Notes under the pieces: model-generated
Told to the model about the DNA's origin: nothing
The model's database searches: none
Seen by the model: the letters and a program-made list of their open reading frames with translations, nothing else
Part shown: positions 21,872-34,400 of the stretch, one piece after another
Position numbering within the stretch: position 1 is the first letter of the stretch
Layout of the letters: the number at the start of each line of letters is the position of its first letter
NCBI GenBank assembly: GCA_002269645.1
Contig: NIVC01000108.1
Coordinates: forward strand, 496,001 to 560,000
DNA: 64,000 bases
Source of the DNA: Macrostomum lignano
Taxonomy: Eukaryota
Direction of reading: 5' to 3'
Translations under genes and position numbers: made by a program

Positions 21872-23447
21872 TCTTCTTCTTAATACTAAAGATGAAAATA
21901 ATACGAGCGTATTGTAGGTATTTCAATACTCCTCCTAGACTGTTGAACCAAAATTTATCAAACCTGCACCATTTGATTGGAATTTCTTACGGGACTATGC
22001 ATGACTATTTTGAAGTTGAGAAAACTTGCTTTTTGCCTATGCTTTTAGTGTATTTTTGCTCGCAGTCAGAGCCAACTATGACTCGGGCCATAGACTAAAA
22101 ACATCTTTGTTTGATCCACATGACGTGCAAATCTATTCGTTCGTTGAATTAACTGGCTTTGTTATGCCGAAAAGGAAAAGAAACCTGAATCACAGAATAG
22201 TAGACTTGCGAAGCAACAACTGGGGGATGCTTGCTGTGGGCTGCTTGCTGTCTGGGGGATGCTTGCTATCTGGTGGATGCTTGCTGTCTGGGGGATGCTT
22301 GCTGTCTGGGGGATGCTTGCTGTCTGTGGATGCTTGCTGTCTTGGGGATGCTTGCTGTCTTGGGGATGCTTGCTGTCAGGGGGATGCTTGCTGTCTGGTG
22401 GATGCTTGCTGTCTGGGGATGCTTGCTGTCTGGGGGATGCTTGCTATCTGGTGGATGCTTGCTGTCTGGGGGATGCTTGCTGTCTGGGGGATGCTTGCTG
22501 TCTGTGGATGCTTGCTGTCTTGGGGATGCTTGCTGTCTTGGGGATGCTTGCTGTCAGGGGGATGCTTGCTGTCTGGTGGATGCTTGCTGTCTGGGGATGC
22601 TTGCTGTCTGGGGGATGCTTGCTATCTGGTGGATGCTTGCTGTCTGGTGGATGCTTGCTGTCTGGGGGATGCTTGCTGTCTGGGGATGCTTGCTGTCTGG
22701 GGGATGCTTGCTGATGCTTGCTGTCTGGGGGATGCTTGCTGTCTGGGGGAGGCTTGCTGTCTGGGGGATGCTTGCTGTCTGAGGAATGCTTGCTGTCTGA
22801 GGAATGCTTGCTGTCTTAGGAATGCTTGCTGTCTAGGGGATTGCTTGCTGTCTGGGGGATGTTTGCTGTCTGGGGGATTGCTCGCTGTCTGGGGGATGCT
22901 TGCTGTCTGAGGAATGCTAGCTGTCTAGGGGATTCTTGCTGTCTGGGGGATGCTTGCTTATGCTTGCTGTCTGAGGAATGCTTGCTGTCTGGGGATGCTT
23001 GCTGTCTGGGGGATGCTTGCTATCTGAGGAATGCTTGCTGTCTGAGGAATGCTGGCTGTCTAGGGGATTGCTTGCTGTCTGGGGGATGTTTGCTGTCTGG
23101 GGGATTGCTAATTGCTGTCTGGGGGATGCTTGCTTATGCTTGCTGTCTGAGGAATGCTTGCTGTCTGAGGAATGCTTGCTGTCTGAGGGATGCTTGCTTT
23201 CTGGGGGATTCTTTGAGTTAGGCTAACAAAGAGGAGTCTAAGGCCGTGAGCTCCTGCTGTAGACCAGAATATGCCCCGGCCAGTGACAATATGCACTAAG
23301 AGTTTGTGCTTGAAAGGATAAGCACTATTTTCTGATTGAGAAAGGGTTTTGGGTTGATGAAGGAAACATTTTTGGCTGATGAAAGTTTTGATTCATGGCA
23401 ATTTGGTATCATTTTTAAGGCCCCCCAGCGGGGGGCTAAATGGCTAG
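21872..23447 (+). mobile_element. Non-autonomous Helitron B carrying an 18-bp satellite
   Basis: The 5' end TCTTCTTCTTAATACTAAAGATGA resembles element A. Perfect hairpin GCCCCCC-AGC-GGGGGGC at 23420-23436, then CTAG|T at 23444-23448. Confidence 0.65.
22221..23215. repeat. Minisatellite, ~18-bp unit GGGGATGCTTGCTGTCTG
   Basis: Tandem array with 17-19-bp variants. Confidence 0.95.
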
Positions 23448-23580
23448 TCAGCTACTAAAATCGTGGCGACCACAAAAGCGAAATGGCGCAGAGGTGAATG
23501 ATAAAGAGCCGAAACGGTCATTAAGAGAACGTTCGCCAATTTTTCCTGTCTGACGGTTGACGATGCTGCACCTTCAATAA

Positions 23581-23865
23581 GTGCTCCACGCCAAGCCATC
23601 GACAGAAAAAATTGCGACTCTCTGCATGGCCTGGAAACTGGTTAATGATGAATTTATGCAGCTAACTGGACTCGAATCGGCACCTGATGCGGTAAGGAAG
23701 AGATGCTTTAAGCTTGAAGAGTCGAAAACGCTTTTTTGTCCGGGTGAGATTCTCAAGGAAGGAACAGTCGGGAAGAAAATAAGTGTGCAGCTAGCAGCGC
23801 AAGTTCTCTCCCGCACCATGGCCCACGCGATTGCCGTGTATAAGGAACGTCTAATGATAGGCTGA
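23581..23865 (+). pseudogene. P-element/THAP9-like transposase fragment
   Basis: KKISVQLAAQVLSRTMAHAI resembles the KMKVxLAxQxFSxxVA motif of P-element transposases. The fragment is short. Confidence 0.5.
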
Positions 23866-23877
23866 TAAGCATACGCG

Positions 23878-24499
23878 ATTGTACATCTCGTGTATTGGTG
23901 GGCACTGCAAGCGAAACAGTCTGAGTGCTGCATCCAGACAGGTGTCGGCCACCAGGCTATGGTAGACTGGCAAAACTTTATTCGCGACGTGTGTGCCCAG
24001 GTGCTGGAGGACCACCCAGTCCAGCTTGGTGGCCCTAGCCTAGTGTTGATGTGGAGATCGACGAGTCCTACTTCATGCACCGTAAGTTCCATCAGGGTGC
24101 CTTCTGGTCAGTGGGTGTTCGGCATGGCGGAGCGTGGTTCAACAAAGTGCATGATGGTGGTTGTTCCGGACCGCACGGCTGTCACCATGCTCCCTATCAT
24201 CGCACGTTATATCCTACCAGGGTCACGCATCATAACAGACGGCTGGCAGGCATACAACACTGCCAAACCAACTGACAGTCAACCATCGCCTGCATTTTGT
24301 TGACCCAAACGCACTGCACATCCACACGAACCTCATTGAGGGAACTTGGGCCCACGTGAAGGCCAAATTTCGTCGCATGCATGGAACTAGCGATGCGCTG
24401 TTCGCCACGCATCTGGAGGAATTTCTTTGGCGCCGGCTTCACCCCATCAACGCTTTTGGCCACATGATGTACTGGATCGCCCATTATTACCCCTGCTGA
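23878..24499 (+). pseudogene. Merlin (IS1016/IS1595-like) DDE transposase, frameshifted and N-terminally truncated
   Basis: WQNFIRDVC, VEIDESYF, WVFGMAERG, IITDGWQAY, HTNLIEGTWAHVK, FLWRR, spread over three frames. Confidence 0.88.
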
Positions 24500-24547
24500 G
24501 TTTTGAACTTTTGACACGAGTCTTGACACTCAATGTTGTATCCCTGT

Positions 24548-25224
24548 TTTTAATTAATTGTTTCATTGTTTCTAATTAATTGTTTCATTGTTTCTAATTA
24601 ATTGGTTCATTGTTCTAATTAATTGTTTCATTGTTTCTAATTAATTGTTTCATTGTTTCTAATTAATTGCTTCATTGTTTTTAAATAATTGTTTCATTGT
24701 TTCTAATTAATGGTTTCATTGTTTCTAATTAATTGTTTCATTGTTTCTAATTAATTGTTTCATTGTTTCTAACTAATTGTTTCATTGTTTCTAATTAATT
24801 GTTTCATTGTTTCTAATTAATTGCTTCATTGTTTCTAATTAATTGCTTCATTGTTTCTAATTAATTGTTTCATTGTTTCTAAAGCAGAAGCTTCAAAAGC
24901 AGAAGCTTCATTGTTTCTAATTCATTGTTTCATTGTTTCTAATTAATTGGTTCATTGTTTCTAATTAATTGTTTCATTGTTTCTAATTAATTGTTTCATT
25001 GTTTCTAATTAATTGCTTCATTGTTTCTAATTAATTGTTTCATTGTTTCTAATTAATAGTTTCATTGTTTCTAATTAATTGTTCATTGTTTCTAATTAAT
25101 TGTTTATTTGTTTCTAATTAATTGCTTCATTGTTTCTAATTAATTGTTTCATTGTTTCTAATTAATTGTTTCATTGTTTCTAATTAATTGCTTCATTGTT
25201 TCTAATTAATTGTTTTATTGTTTC
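24548..25224. repeat. Minisatellite, 22-bp unit CTAATTAATTGTTTCATTGTTT
   Basis: About 30 tandem units directly 3' of the Merlin relic, interrupted near 24881-24909 by AAAGCAGAAGCTTC x2. Confidence 0.95.
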
Positions 25225-26218
25225 TCGCGTTTGCGCACCAATTTGAAATAAAAAACTTCGAAACTTCGAATTGCTAGGAATCGATAGGAAATTGCTAGGA
25301 ATTGCTAGAAACGGAAAAAATTTGTTAATTTTACTGTTTTAAAAGCTTGGGGGATGTCCAAACATGCTAAAATCAGCTTCTCAGGTGAAGAGAGTGCAAA
25401 AAAACATTGAAAAAATAGTTTAACGAACGATTCGAGAAGAATGCCGCATTTGGCAACCTGCCGCTGCCCAATTTTTTCTAGACTGTAATTGCTTGATTTG
25501 CTCCTTTTAACGCTAACTTCTTTATCTGCTTATTTATTAATTGTAACAAATGAGCACATGCTATTAGAACTTCAGCACTAAGTAGTGAAAGTTGACGAAA
25601 TAATATATATTATTATTACTTTTATATTCTTCACCTCAGCTCAGGAGCAGTACACCATGCAGTTTACGGATACCCTCGATTTTAGACATGATTTTGAAAA
25701 TCATGAACCTGGCTTAAATCATTGAATAAAACTATTCATAAGCAATGATAAGCTCTAACATCAATTTCACCATAGTAGCAATTTCTAATAAGTATGGCAC
25801 GCTCTATCAACTACTAAACAAGCAGCAGTTGCAAAAGGAAATAGAGCGAGTTCAAATTGAAAACAATTAGTGCAGCTCAAACAAGGAGAAGTAAAAATAA
25901 AGAATGACAGGCGGTAAAGATGACTGAGGTCTTTAAATCTGTATATAGAAAATATCTAAACGGTATGTCAAGCCTTCTAGCTCTACTTTTATCAATGCTG
26001 TGCCTATGAGTTCCCTATGCAAATTGGAATAGCTTTGCGAACAAAGATTCCATATATTAGGCATAGCAGAATCAGTCAGAAATCGAACTTACCCAGTCTG
26101 GTGCTTCGTTTAAAAACGAAACTTCTCTCTGTCTCAGAGTTTATTGCTGCTCTGCTCGCCTGCTGCTGAACAAAAGCCTAGGGAAGGCGCTCAGAATGGG
26201 AACTGCAGAGCCCACAGA

Positions 26219-26285
26219 CCATAGACTAAACTGAGGAGATCGTGAAAGCTGCTGAACTCAGTCTCGCTAAAATCATAGTCTATGG
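26219..26285. mobile_element. 67-bp miniature element with CCATAGACTA..TAGTCTATGG inverted termini
   Basis: Perfect 10-bp terminal inverted repeat. The same motif recurs across the window. Confidence 0.45.
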
Positions 26286-27911
26286 CCGAACTTTGCACGA
26301 ACCGGCTTAGGCTAGATGAGAGAAATGCACTGTGAATGCATTCTTTTTAGATTATGCGTGCATAATGGATTTTGTCTATGGTTGAACTTCATGGTCAATG
26401 ATTAAGATAGAATCAGTTAAGAATGATGTAGCAACATTAAAAAATTGTTTTTAGTTTTCAATGATAATAAATAAAAGCATGGTAGTGTGTGAATTGAAAT
26501 TCGCCCTAATATAACCAGTTAACAACTTTGCGTTAGCTCTCTGCAGAGTTTCGACAATTACATTCATCAACATTCAAATATTTTCACCCGGACGCGGGAG
26601 CAAGTGTTGTCAAGATACATGTAGGTTTCGACCTTGTACAGTTGTTAATACAGTTGTCAGGAAAATTATGTTTAAAGCAAAAAAGCATCGTGGCTCTGAA
26701 AGCCAGCTATCTAGCCTAAGTCAGACATCAGCATCCCCTGTGAGCTTTGGCATCAAAGCCTCCATTTAAGCCAATGGCCCTAACCCTACCTTTGATCTAA
26801 GGCCTACCAAAAACTCCCAGTTGACCCTTAGCATCTCAGCAACTCCCCCATAAGTTTTGAGCGGAGAGCAGCACTGTCTATATACGATGGGTGGGCAATA
26901 CAGGCGGGGATTGCTACAGTTTTCCTGATGCCGTTGTTTTTCGTCGCAGACAAGCAGACACCCAAGGGCTCAAAGTCTCGAGCCATCATCTGTGCTACCT
27001 GCATCATGAGTTAATAATGTATCAAGCAGATTAATAGTTAACAAGAACGGCCAAGTCAAACTGAGATATTTTTAAAGTCGAGCCAAAAGCATGAAAATAA
27101 AAACTTGATATCGCAAAGTAAAATTCAGTATAATATCATCTGAATGATTAATTCAAACTCAAGACTGCTCAGATCTTTTGCAAACATCATTCTTGCTTCT
27201 CCTGGAAGAGCATGTTCTACCAAGCCAAGCCAAGAATCATTGCAACTGTACACTGATAAAAAGTCGGTGCTTAATACCAAATTTGGGTAGAAAATATCGG
27301 AATTCAATGAAAAATACCGGTATCTCTAGAATTAGGAATTTAAATGTAATGTCAATATCAAAAGTGATAATAATGTTTACTCGAATCGAACTGATAATTT
27401 CCCGAAAAGCTACATCACTGCAATTGAGAGGTCAGAGAAGCGTCTTTGAAAGCAAATCTCAGGGACTTTAGACCGCGTAGGTAAGCTGAGAGTTTTGCAT
27501 AAATTGAAGAAGTCAAGTGAATGCGCGCACTGCACTACTCACTGAGCAGGAGGGGCAAGCAGTAGCAACAAGCGAGTGTACAATAGTTATAACAACCAAT
27601 AATTGGTCTGTGCTGTCCAGCAGATTTTTCTCGCAGTCATGGCACAACAATATAAAAAAATTCGATTAGGGAAATCTGGCAAATAAGTAAATAGAAAATC
27701 AGTAAAATTGCGGTTAAAATAATATCTTCAATAAAATCACAGAATTGTACACAGCACAGAGAGTACACATTTACACAGCACAAGCTCTGTCGCAAGCGAT
27801 AAAATACGATTTATAATAACCATGCTAAAAATAGATAAGGACATAGCCAATTCGATTAATACAATAAGTACTGAGTTTGTTAATGCATTTAACATGCAAG
27901 TGGGAGTCCTC

Positions 27912-28380
27912 TGTGATCTAATTATCGGTCTCTCTGATGTAATTATCGGTCTCTTTGATCTAATTATCGGTCTATTTTATCTAATTATTGGTCTCTTTGA
28001 TCTAATTATCGGTCTCTTTTATCTAACTATCGGTCTCTTTTATCTAATTATTGGTATCTTTGATCTAATTATCGGTCTCTTTTATCTAATTATCGGTCTC
28101 TTTTATCTAACTATCGGTCTCTTTGATCTAATTATCGGTCTCTTTTATCTAATTATCGGTCTCTTTTATCTAATTATCGGTCTCTTTTATCTAATTATCG
28201 GTCTCTTTGATCTAATTATTGGTATCTTTGATCTAATTATCGGTCTCTTTTATCTAATTATCGGTCTCTTTGATCTATTTATCGGTCTCTTTGATCTATT
28301 TATCGGTCTCTTTGATCTATTTATCGGTCTCTTTGATCTATTTATCGGTCTCTTTGATCTATTTATTGGTCTCTTTGATC
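27912..28380. repeat. Minisatellite, 21-bp unit GATCTAATTATCGGTCTCTTT
   Basis: Tandem array just 3' of the RPGR-like stop codon. Confidence 0.95.
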
Positions 28381-28401
28381 CAACGCAGCGATCAATCGCG
28401 C

Positions 28402-31400
28402 CTAAAGAATCGAGCATGATCTGCTGCCGCCTTCCGTCTTCGCTCCATCTGGAGCTGCCGCTCCATCCGCAGGCACCGCTTCGCCGCCGTTCTGCACGGC
28501 CGGGGCGCCACCATCAGAGGTGGCGGCGGTCGCTTCCGTCGTCGACTCGGGTTTGTCGGTCGGCGCTGATGACGCGGCCGGTTTCCGCCGCCGGCCGCCG
28601 CAGCCGACTCCGGACACGGCGCCGCTGGAGCCTCCGGACGCCTCCTGGGCGCCGCCGTTCTCCTGCGGTTTGCCAGCTGCCTCCGCCGTCTCCGCCGCAG
28701 CAGCGGGCCCAGCGGCCTCGGGGGCGGCAGCATCGGCGGGCGGGGGCTGGCGGCGACCCCGGCCACAGCCGACACCCTTTGTCATGCCCGAATTCGGCGG
28801 TGGTGGCGGCGGCGGCGTTGGGAGGCCCTCGATCGGCTCCGGGGCCGCCTGCTGTTGCTGCTGAGTCTCGGCCACCGCTGGAGCTTCAACCGGGACTGCA
28901 GGCTCTGCTGGTTTTCCAGCCGCCGACGACTGCTTCGGCTTCGATGGCGGTTTCGACGGCGGCGGCTGCTGCGCCTGCTGCTCCTGCGGCGGCGGCGGCG
29001 GCGGCGGCGGAGGCGGCGGCAGAGACGGCCGGGACCGCCTGCCGCTGCCCTTCTTCTTCGGCTTGGCGCGCGGCTCCGCGTAGGTGGCGTCGGCTTCTTC
29101 GCTGACGGCTTTCTTTGGCTGAGGGATTGCCGCGATGCGGGAGCAGAATGCTCTGCGTTGCTAAGTACATCAAGTACTCGATAATCATCTGCTTCAGCTG
29201 CTCACCTTAGCCTCGCTGCGCTTCTTCGGCAAAGGCTTCTCCGCCTCTTGAACCTGCTCGGGCTGGGCAGCGGCCTCTTCGTCCGTGTCGGGCGACAGGT
29301 CACCCGGCGGCTGCAGGAGGTTGTCGAACTGACGGAGGGTTTCGGCAGAAATGTGCAGCATGTTGAAGTGTTGCTTGTTGTTTAACATAGAGACGGGAAT
29401 TCATCCCAAATCCATATTACAAATCTGGGGCTGAAGTCCTATTACGACGTAGCATATCTACTATTCCAGTTTCCAGATCCCAAATCCTAAATCCCTGATC
29501 CCAAATCCTAAATCCCTGATCCCAAATCCTAAATCCCTGATCCTAAATCCTAAATCCCAGATCCCAAATCCTTAATCCCTGATCCCAAATCCTAAATCCC
29601 AGATCCCAAATCCTAAATCCCTGATCCCAAATCTTAAATCCCTGATCCCAAATCCTAAATCCCTGATCCCAAATCCTAAATCCCAGATCCCAAATCCTAA
29701 ATCCCAGATCCCAAATCCTAAATCCCTGATCCCAAATCCTAAATCCCTGATCCTAAATCCTAAATCCCAGATCCCAAATCCTAAATCCCTGATCCCAAAT
29801 CCTAAATCCCAGATCCCAAATCCTAAATCCCTGATCCCAAATCCTAAATCCGTGATCCCAAATCCTAAATCCCTGATCCCAAATCATAAATCCCTGATCC
29901 TAAATCCTAAATCCCTGATCCCAAATCCTAAATCCCAAATCCCAAATCCTAAATTCCGAAACTCAAAATCCTAATTCCAACAATACAAATATCAGCTCCC
30001 GAATCACAAATTCCAAATGCGAGATAGAAGAGATCGCCTACTCGTGAGTAGCAAGTAAGGAAATTTAAGCGAATCTCTCTGATAGCTTGTGTTTCCTGAC
30101 TCCAATGAGAAAATGTGGACCCAAATCCTGCCCTCACCTGCGTGACGGCCATGACGTGCTGCGGTATTGGACCATCATCGGCAGTAGCCGCCGCCGCCGC
30201 CGCAGCCGTGTCCGCGGTCTCCTCCGCAACCCGGGGACTCCCGCCGTCCGTGTCGGCTGCTGCCAGCGGCGCCGACACCACCCGAACGCCGGGCTGGCAC
30301 TCCACGGCCGCCTGTGACTGCGGATTGCCCGGAAATTGAATGGAATTAAAAACATTGAAACTGAAGCAGGAGTTTTCCATTCAAGCAAGTTCTTAATACT
30401 CGTACCTTGGCCTGAACAATCTCTTCCTCGGCTGCGGCGTTGTCCACCTCTGAAGGGAAAATAAGGCAAATATACCAACTTCTCATGTCGAACTCAAAGT
30501 AGAGTGCTATTACTATTATTATTATAGCTAGCTCGTATTGCGGAATTTTCGAAATTGCAAATTTTTCTAAGGATACTTAATGTGGAAGCCTACAGAGGGC
30601 TGAAAATTCAAAACGGAAATCCCTATAGAGGAATCCATAAAGGGAAATCCCTAAATTGAATACCTAAAGGAAATCCCTTAAGGGGAGTCTCTAAAGGGAA
30701 TCCCTAAAGTTAATTCTAAAGGGAATCCCAAAGGGAATCCCCGAAATAAATACTAAATGAAAATCCCTAAAAGGGAATCCCTAAAATTTGAATCCCTAAA
30801 ATTGAAATCCCAAAAAAGAAATCCTGCAGAAAATCTCATTAATGCATGCTGAATGTAAAATTCCTGAAAATAAATTTCGAAAAAGGTGATCCTCAAAAGG
30901 GGAGTTCAAAAAGGGAATCCTCAAAGGGAAATCTCAAAACAAATGACGATTCTGGACCGAGTAGGCGAACCTGGTCCGGAACCGAGCTTTCGCTGGCAAA
31001 GTCACTTGCGAGATGGGGAGTTTTCAGTCTTTTAGAGCTTAATTAAACAAACCCCACCTATGGATCTTAGAATTGCAAATAAAGCAAGCCAGCATTTCTT
31101 ATAAAGTGCACACATAAGGTGAGGGATTATGATTTTGCAGCTAAAAAATGAAAATTTCCAATCTCGTTATTTGCGCATTTTGCTGCCTCCAGTGAAATCG
31201 TAACGCCCTTCTCCTTCGCTTGTCCCTGGCCAGTTCGGGCAGCCCAAATTCAAATTCGCTAACTTGGTCGCTGCCGCGGCCGCAGCAACTCGAAGTTCGC
31301 CGTCCCCCCGTTGGCAAAGAGGCCGCCGCCGTCAACGCTGTCGGTCATCGTCGGGCCGAACGACTGGCGGGCAGCGGACTCGCGGAACTTCATGCGGGAA

Positions 31401-34400
31401 CGCGTGCTGCGCCGTACCAGCAGGGTAGACGCCAGGCTGCCGTCCGGCTCCACCCCCGGTCCCGACTTGCCGGCCAGAGTGCGCGACAGCGGTCGCGGGC
31501 TCATCGCCGACATCGGATCCAGCGGGTCGTCGGCGAAGTCCGCCGCTGCCGTGTCGTCAACTTCGGCGGCGGCCAGTTCCGGATCGTCTGGTGAGCGCGG
31601 CGCCGCTAGCACCAGGGTGAGCAGGTTGCCGCAGATGGCGCGCTGGATGCGCAGACGGGCGAGAGCCTCCGTCCGGAACGGCCGGTACTGGTTGGACTGG
31701 CCACGTCGGGAGGTCGGGCCCAGCTTGCCGTGTAGTGCGTCACCGAAGGCGTACAGATGGCCGGAGCGGCCGCTCACACATGCGGAGTGGCGCTCGCCTG
31801 CGGACACGCCTGCGGTGGAGAGGAGCGTTCGAGAATGAATAATGCCTGGCAAGGAGTGAGGTGGGTGCCTGGGGCAGGGAGTGTGGTGGGTGCCTGGGGC
31901 AGGGAGTGAGGTGGGTGCCTGGGGCAGGGAGTGAGGTGGGTGCCTGGGGCAGGGAGTGAGGTGGGTGCCTGGGGCAGGGAGTGAGGTGGGTGCCTGGGGC
32001 AGGGAGTGAGGTGGGTGCCTGGGGCAGGGAGTGAGGTGGGTGCCTGGGGCAGGGAGTGAGGTGGGTGCCTGGGGCAGGGAGTGAGGTGGGTGCCTGGGGC
32101 AGGGAGTGAGGTGGGTGCCTGGGGCAGGGAGTGAGGTGGATGCCTGAGGCAGGAAGTGGAGATGGGTGTCTTGGGGCAAGGAGTGAGGTGGGTGCATCGA
32201 GCATGTGTGAGGAGTCTCTTACTGGTCATTTCCACATCTTCGACGGCTTCCACCGGCGTCATGAGCGGGGCGTAGAGCCGGTCGGCCCCGAGTCCGAGCT
32301 GACCGCTGTCGCCGGTTCCGCAGGACAAAAGGCGGCCGGTCTCGGTGAGCACCAGAGTGTGCTGAAGGCCACAGGCCACAGAGCGAGCCGCCTGACCGTC
32401 TGGCAGGGGAACCTGAATGTTTATTAATATTGATTGACAGACTGCCGTTGAAGCAATTAAAAACAGAAGTCTGCTTTACTCACTCGCTGAGGCGTGTAAA
32501 AGTACTCCTTCTCCTCTGAGCCAGGCAGGCCGAGTTTGCCGCCCTCGCTCTCGCCCCAGGCGTACACCTGGCCGTTTGCCAGCACGCAGGCCGCGTGGTA
32601 GGCACCCGCTGCCATCGCCACGACGCGTTCAGGCAGCTCAACGAGGACGAGCGCGTCGCGGGATTCTTCGAGCCCGGCGCCCTGGCCAAGGCAGCCCTCG
32701 GCGTTGGAGCCCCAGGCGTACAGGTCGCCTGCAGAGGGGCGTTGATGGCCGCGAGTGTATTGGACATCTAGTCACTGATCCATTGGACATCTAGTCACTG
32801 ATCTATTGGACATCTAGTCACTGATCTATTGGACATCTAGTCACTGATCTATTGGACATCTAGTCACTGATCTATTGGACATCTAGTCACTGATCCATTG
32901 GACATCTAGTCACTGATCCATTGGACATCTAGTCACTGATCTATTGGACATCTAGTCACTGATCTATTGAGAATCCAGTCCCAGCTCTATCGCAGCAAAG
33001 ATCTACCCAGTGCACACCCTGCTTGCTGAGCATCAGGTTGAAAGACCGCCCAGCGGCGATATCCTTGATGTCCTTGCCGTCCAGGTACAGCAGCTCCACT
33101 GGCTCCGGCAGATCCGTGGCCTCCCCAGTCAGCTGGCCGTCCGAGTTGTTGCCGAAGCCGAAGCAGCGGCCGCCCTCAATCATCACCAGGGTGTGCGTTG
33201 GGCCGCAGGCGACCCGCAGGGCGTGCAGGCCGGCTTCCCGCAGCTTCTTGACGCAGGACGGCTTGGCCTGGGCGTTGCGGTGGCCGAGGCCCAGCTGGCC
33301 GTAGTCGTTCTGTCCGAAGCCGAACACCCGACCAGAGGAGGTGACCACCACGGCGTGGCCTTCGCCGCAGGCCGCGGCCACCACTGTGTCGTTGCGGATG
33401 TAAAATTTTGGCGGCACATTTTTGCCGAACGCAAAAACGGCGCCGCTGTCTGCGAAATTTTATTCAGGGAAATCAGTGGCACATTTGGTTATATATTTAC
33501 AGCAATTACACATATAAAAGTATAAAGCTTAGGAACCTTTCTACCAAGAAGAGTTTAGTCTTCATGATTGAAAAGCATATTAAACTGAAGCTCGATAATT
33601 TCTAATTAAAAATAAAAAAGTTAAATGCCTACTTCTAACTAAGATAAAGGACATTTTTTAGAAAAAATGCTAGAAAAATAATGTCCTGAATAACTTTTTT
33701 GATTTTAGCCGACAATTTGCTTTAATAGCATAGAAATAATTATCTACAGGCAGATATCATTACATTTTATCAATAAATAAAGGGTTGAACTCATTGCTGT
33801 TCAAAGGACCAAATAAATGCTGATTACAAAGAAACAAAATAGAAAATCTAACTTGCGCTATAAAAAAACAATGCTGAAGCTCAATTTCTAAGGGACTTGA
33901 GCGATGCATTTTTGTTGACATACTCATACTCTCTATATTACCATGATGAAAATTCTTTGCATTGTGTTATTTATTTGTATGAGCTGTAAGTATCAAAATA
34001 TATAAAAAATATAAAATTTTCTGATTTAAAATTGTGCTTCAAATGACTCCAAAGGTAAATTTCGAAAGACACAATATTAAATCTTATGAATATATTTAAA
34101 TCCAAAATATTCATCAAAAAGGTGACTGAAAAAACAAGATTCTGTAGTCAACTTTAGGAAATTAAAATTCAGCTGTATATAAAACATAGCATTTGTGCCA
34201 GCTGCAAAATTGGAATTAAAAAATCAGAAATATCAAGTTATCATGCAATGCACTGATGGGCCCATATCGCGTCAAATCAAAAACAGTGTCGTTTCCGTTT
34301 ATATGTTAAAAATACGGTAATACAAATAAAAAACAATTAGAGGTAGTCGATAAAATCAAGTACATAAGACTTACCTGGAACATCTAGATTAATGTCGGAG

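Noticed and set aside
25455-25470. TTGGCAACCTGCC as the right TIR of the Merlin relic
   Set aside because: No matching left-hand inverted copy or TSD was found.
27822-29105. 427-aa + strand ORF with LIIGLFY repeats resembling a membrane protein
   Set aside because: It is a 21-bp repeat fused to the antisense of the RPGR-like last exon.
32762-32968. Regularly spaced 23-33-bp repeats as a CRISPR array (also 35984-36350, 55890-56300)
   Set aside because: There are no unique spacers, no cas genes, and the context is eukaryotic introns.
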